Assembly: GCA_964270895.1 (NCBI GenBank)
Contig: OZ185436.1
Strand: one strand, 5' to 3'
Source of the DNA: Podarcis filfolensis
Taxonomy: Eukaryota
Length of the DNA: 64,000 nucleotides
This document shows positions 62,641 to 64,000 of the stretch, piece after piece; the stretch's first letter is position 1, and the number at the start of each line of letters is the position of its first letter. Both the position numbers and the translations under genes were made by a program. The notes below the pieces were generated by a model. That model searched no databases, was not told the origin of the DNA, and worked only from the letters and a program-made list of their open reading frames with translations.

Positions 62641-64000
62641 ATCCTGCCATCTTTCATTGTGTGGACATGACCAAACCAGTGTTTACTAGCTTGTTTATTT
62701 TTTTAAAATATCTGTACCAAACTCCAGTTATATCAACTCAGATTAGATGTTTATTTTATTTGTTTATTGCATTTATATCCCACCTTTCCTCTAAGAAGCT
62801 GATAGTGATGTATATGGTTCTTCTCCCCTTTTTATCCTCACATCCTGTGAGATCCCCTATCCTGTGAGATAGGGTTGAGAAACAGTGACTGGTGCAAGGT
62901 CACCCAGTGAGCTCCATGGATGATTAGAACTCCAGAAGGAATCTGCTAGCAGAATGAGGAAGGGAGGCAATGGAGGGGGGCAATTCTCCTCTCTCTCATA
63001 GCTCTCGGCCCCCCCATCTGCTTCAGGGGATTAGGGATCCTCAAACAGATGATGGCATGGGACCTGTAGTGGGGAAGGGAATTGTCATCTTCCTTCATTT
63101 CACTGACAGATTCCTTTCATTGCTGACCAACATTCTTTACCAACCCGTTTGTGCAGTTTTGTAATATGTGAGCATTCACCATTTCATCCATCCATTTGTA
63201 ATCTGAAGTGATACAGATTGTCACATGGGCTGGATGATTCGGTATTTAAGTAGTCAAGAAAAGGTGTTTCAGGGAAACTTGTTTGCAGAAAAGTGCACCT
63301 GCAATTCAGTTAGAGGCATGTTTGATTCCCTCCACCCCTGAAATTTATATAATGTGTACATCTCAGGTGTGGATATTTCCAGAGTGGTAAAGGTCAAGAG
63401 AGCCATCTGTAACAAGAAACATCTGATCAGCACTGTCTGCTAGCTGGTAACCAAGATGCTGCAGTGTTATACAGAGTACTGTACTACTTTGAGATTTAGA
63501 TTCTCCTTTGGAGTGGATTATGCTCCAAAATTCTGTGGACTGAAATTACTTCCCCCCCAAAATAAATTGCAACTGTCTGAGCACAGTTTTGCTTCAGCTT
63601 ACATGCTTTTCTGCCAAGTCTTTATTTCCTGTAGCTGAAAAGATGACACCTGGGGATTTCTATTTTTCTCTAATTAGCACAACTATGCAAGTTTGCCAGG
63701 TGTAACCTCAAAAGTTTCTCACACATAACACATAGAAAATGCAGAAGATTTTGCTTTAGCAGGTACAATAGCTACCAGAAAATAAGCAGTTGCATACTTC
63801 ATTGCAAGCTCTTGGAAGGACTAGGAAGGATACTTAATAGGATGGTGAAATCCCATTTTCTGCATGTTTTGTGGGACAGACCAGTTTCTCCAAATAATCC
63901 ACTACTTGTTGAGTATTAGAGCATTACAGCAACTTGTTGAGTACTTGAGTATTACAGCATCACCTGTGCTGTAGGCATTGAACACCACCACTGAATAAAA

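Overview
Vertebrate genomic DNA from a squamate, most likely a lacertid lizard (two Podarcis/Lacerta-type Sauria SINEs, a Squam3-like SINE, lizard L1/L2/CR1/RTE fragments). The + strand from 955 to 36886 carries 22 consecutive coding exons of FLT4 (VEGFR3), numbered 9-30 by analogy to human. They run from Ig domain 4 through the transmembrane helix and split kinase to the stop codon. All have canonical AG/GT boundaries and consistent phases, and the 5' part of the gene lies upstream of the window. A ~17 kb repeat-rich interval follows, then a CpG-island promoter (~54.4-55.6 kb) and the first coding exon of RNF130 (55799-56057), whose next intron runs off the window. Main observations: (1) an 825-bp solo LTR with perfect 5-bp TSDs and an uninterrupted 219-codon ORF sits 57 bp upstream of kinase exon 20, and brings a junction-made splice acceptor, a sense poly(A) signal and a possible promoter; (2) introns 13 and 9 have read-through frames followed by poly(A) signals that could yield soluble VEGFR3 decoys; (3) intron 11 has a FOX:ETS/SOX enhancer-like cluster; (4) a young 5'-truncated L1 lies in the RNF130 promoter; (5) the RNF130 start exon lies outside its CpG island; (6) FLT4 and RNF130 are direct neighbours, unlike in human. 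Repeat family names and exon numbers come from recalled consensus features, not from a database search. Most ORF-track entries are spurious.
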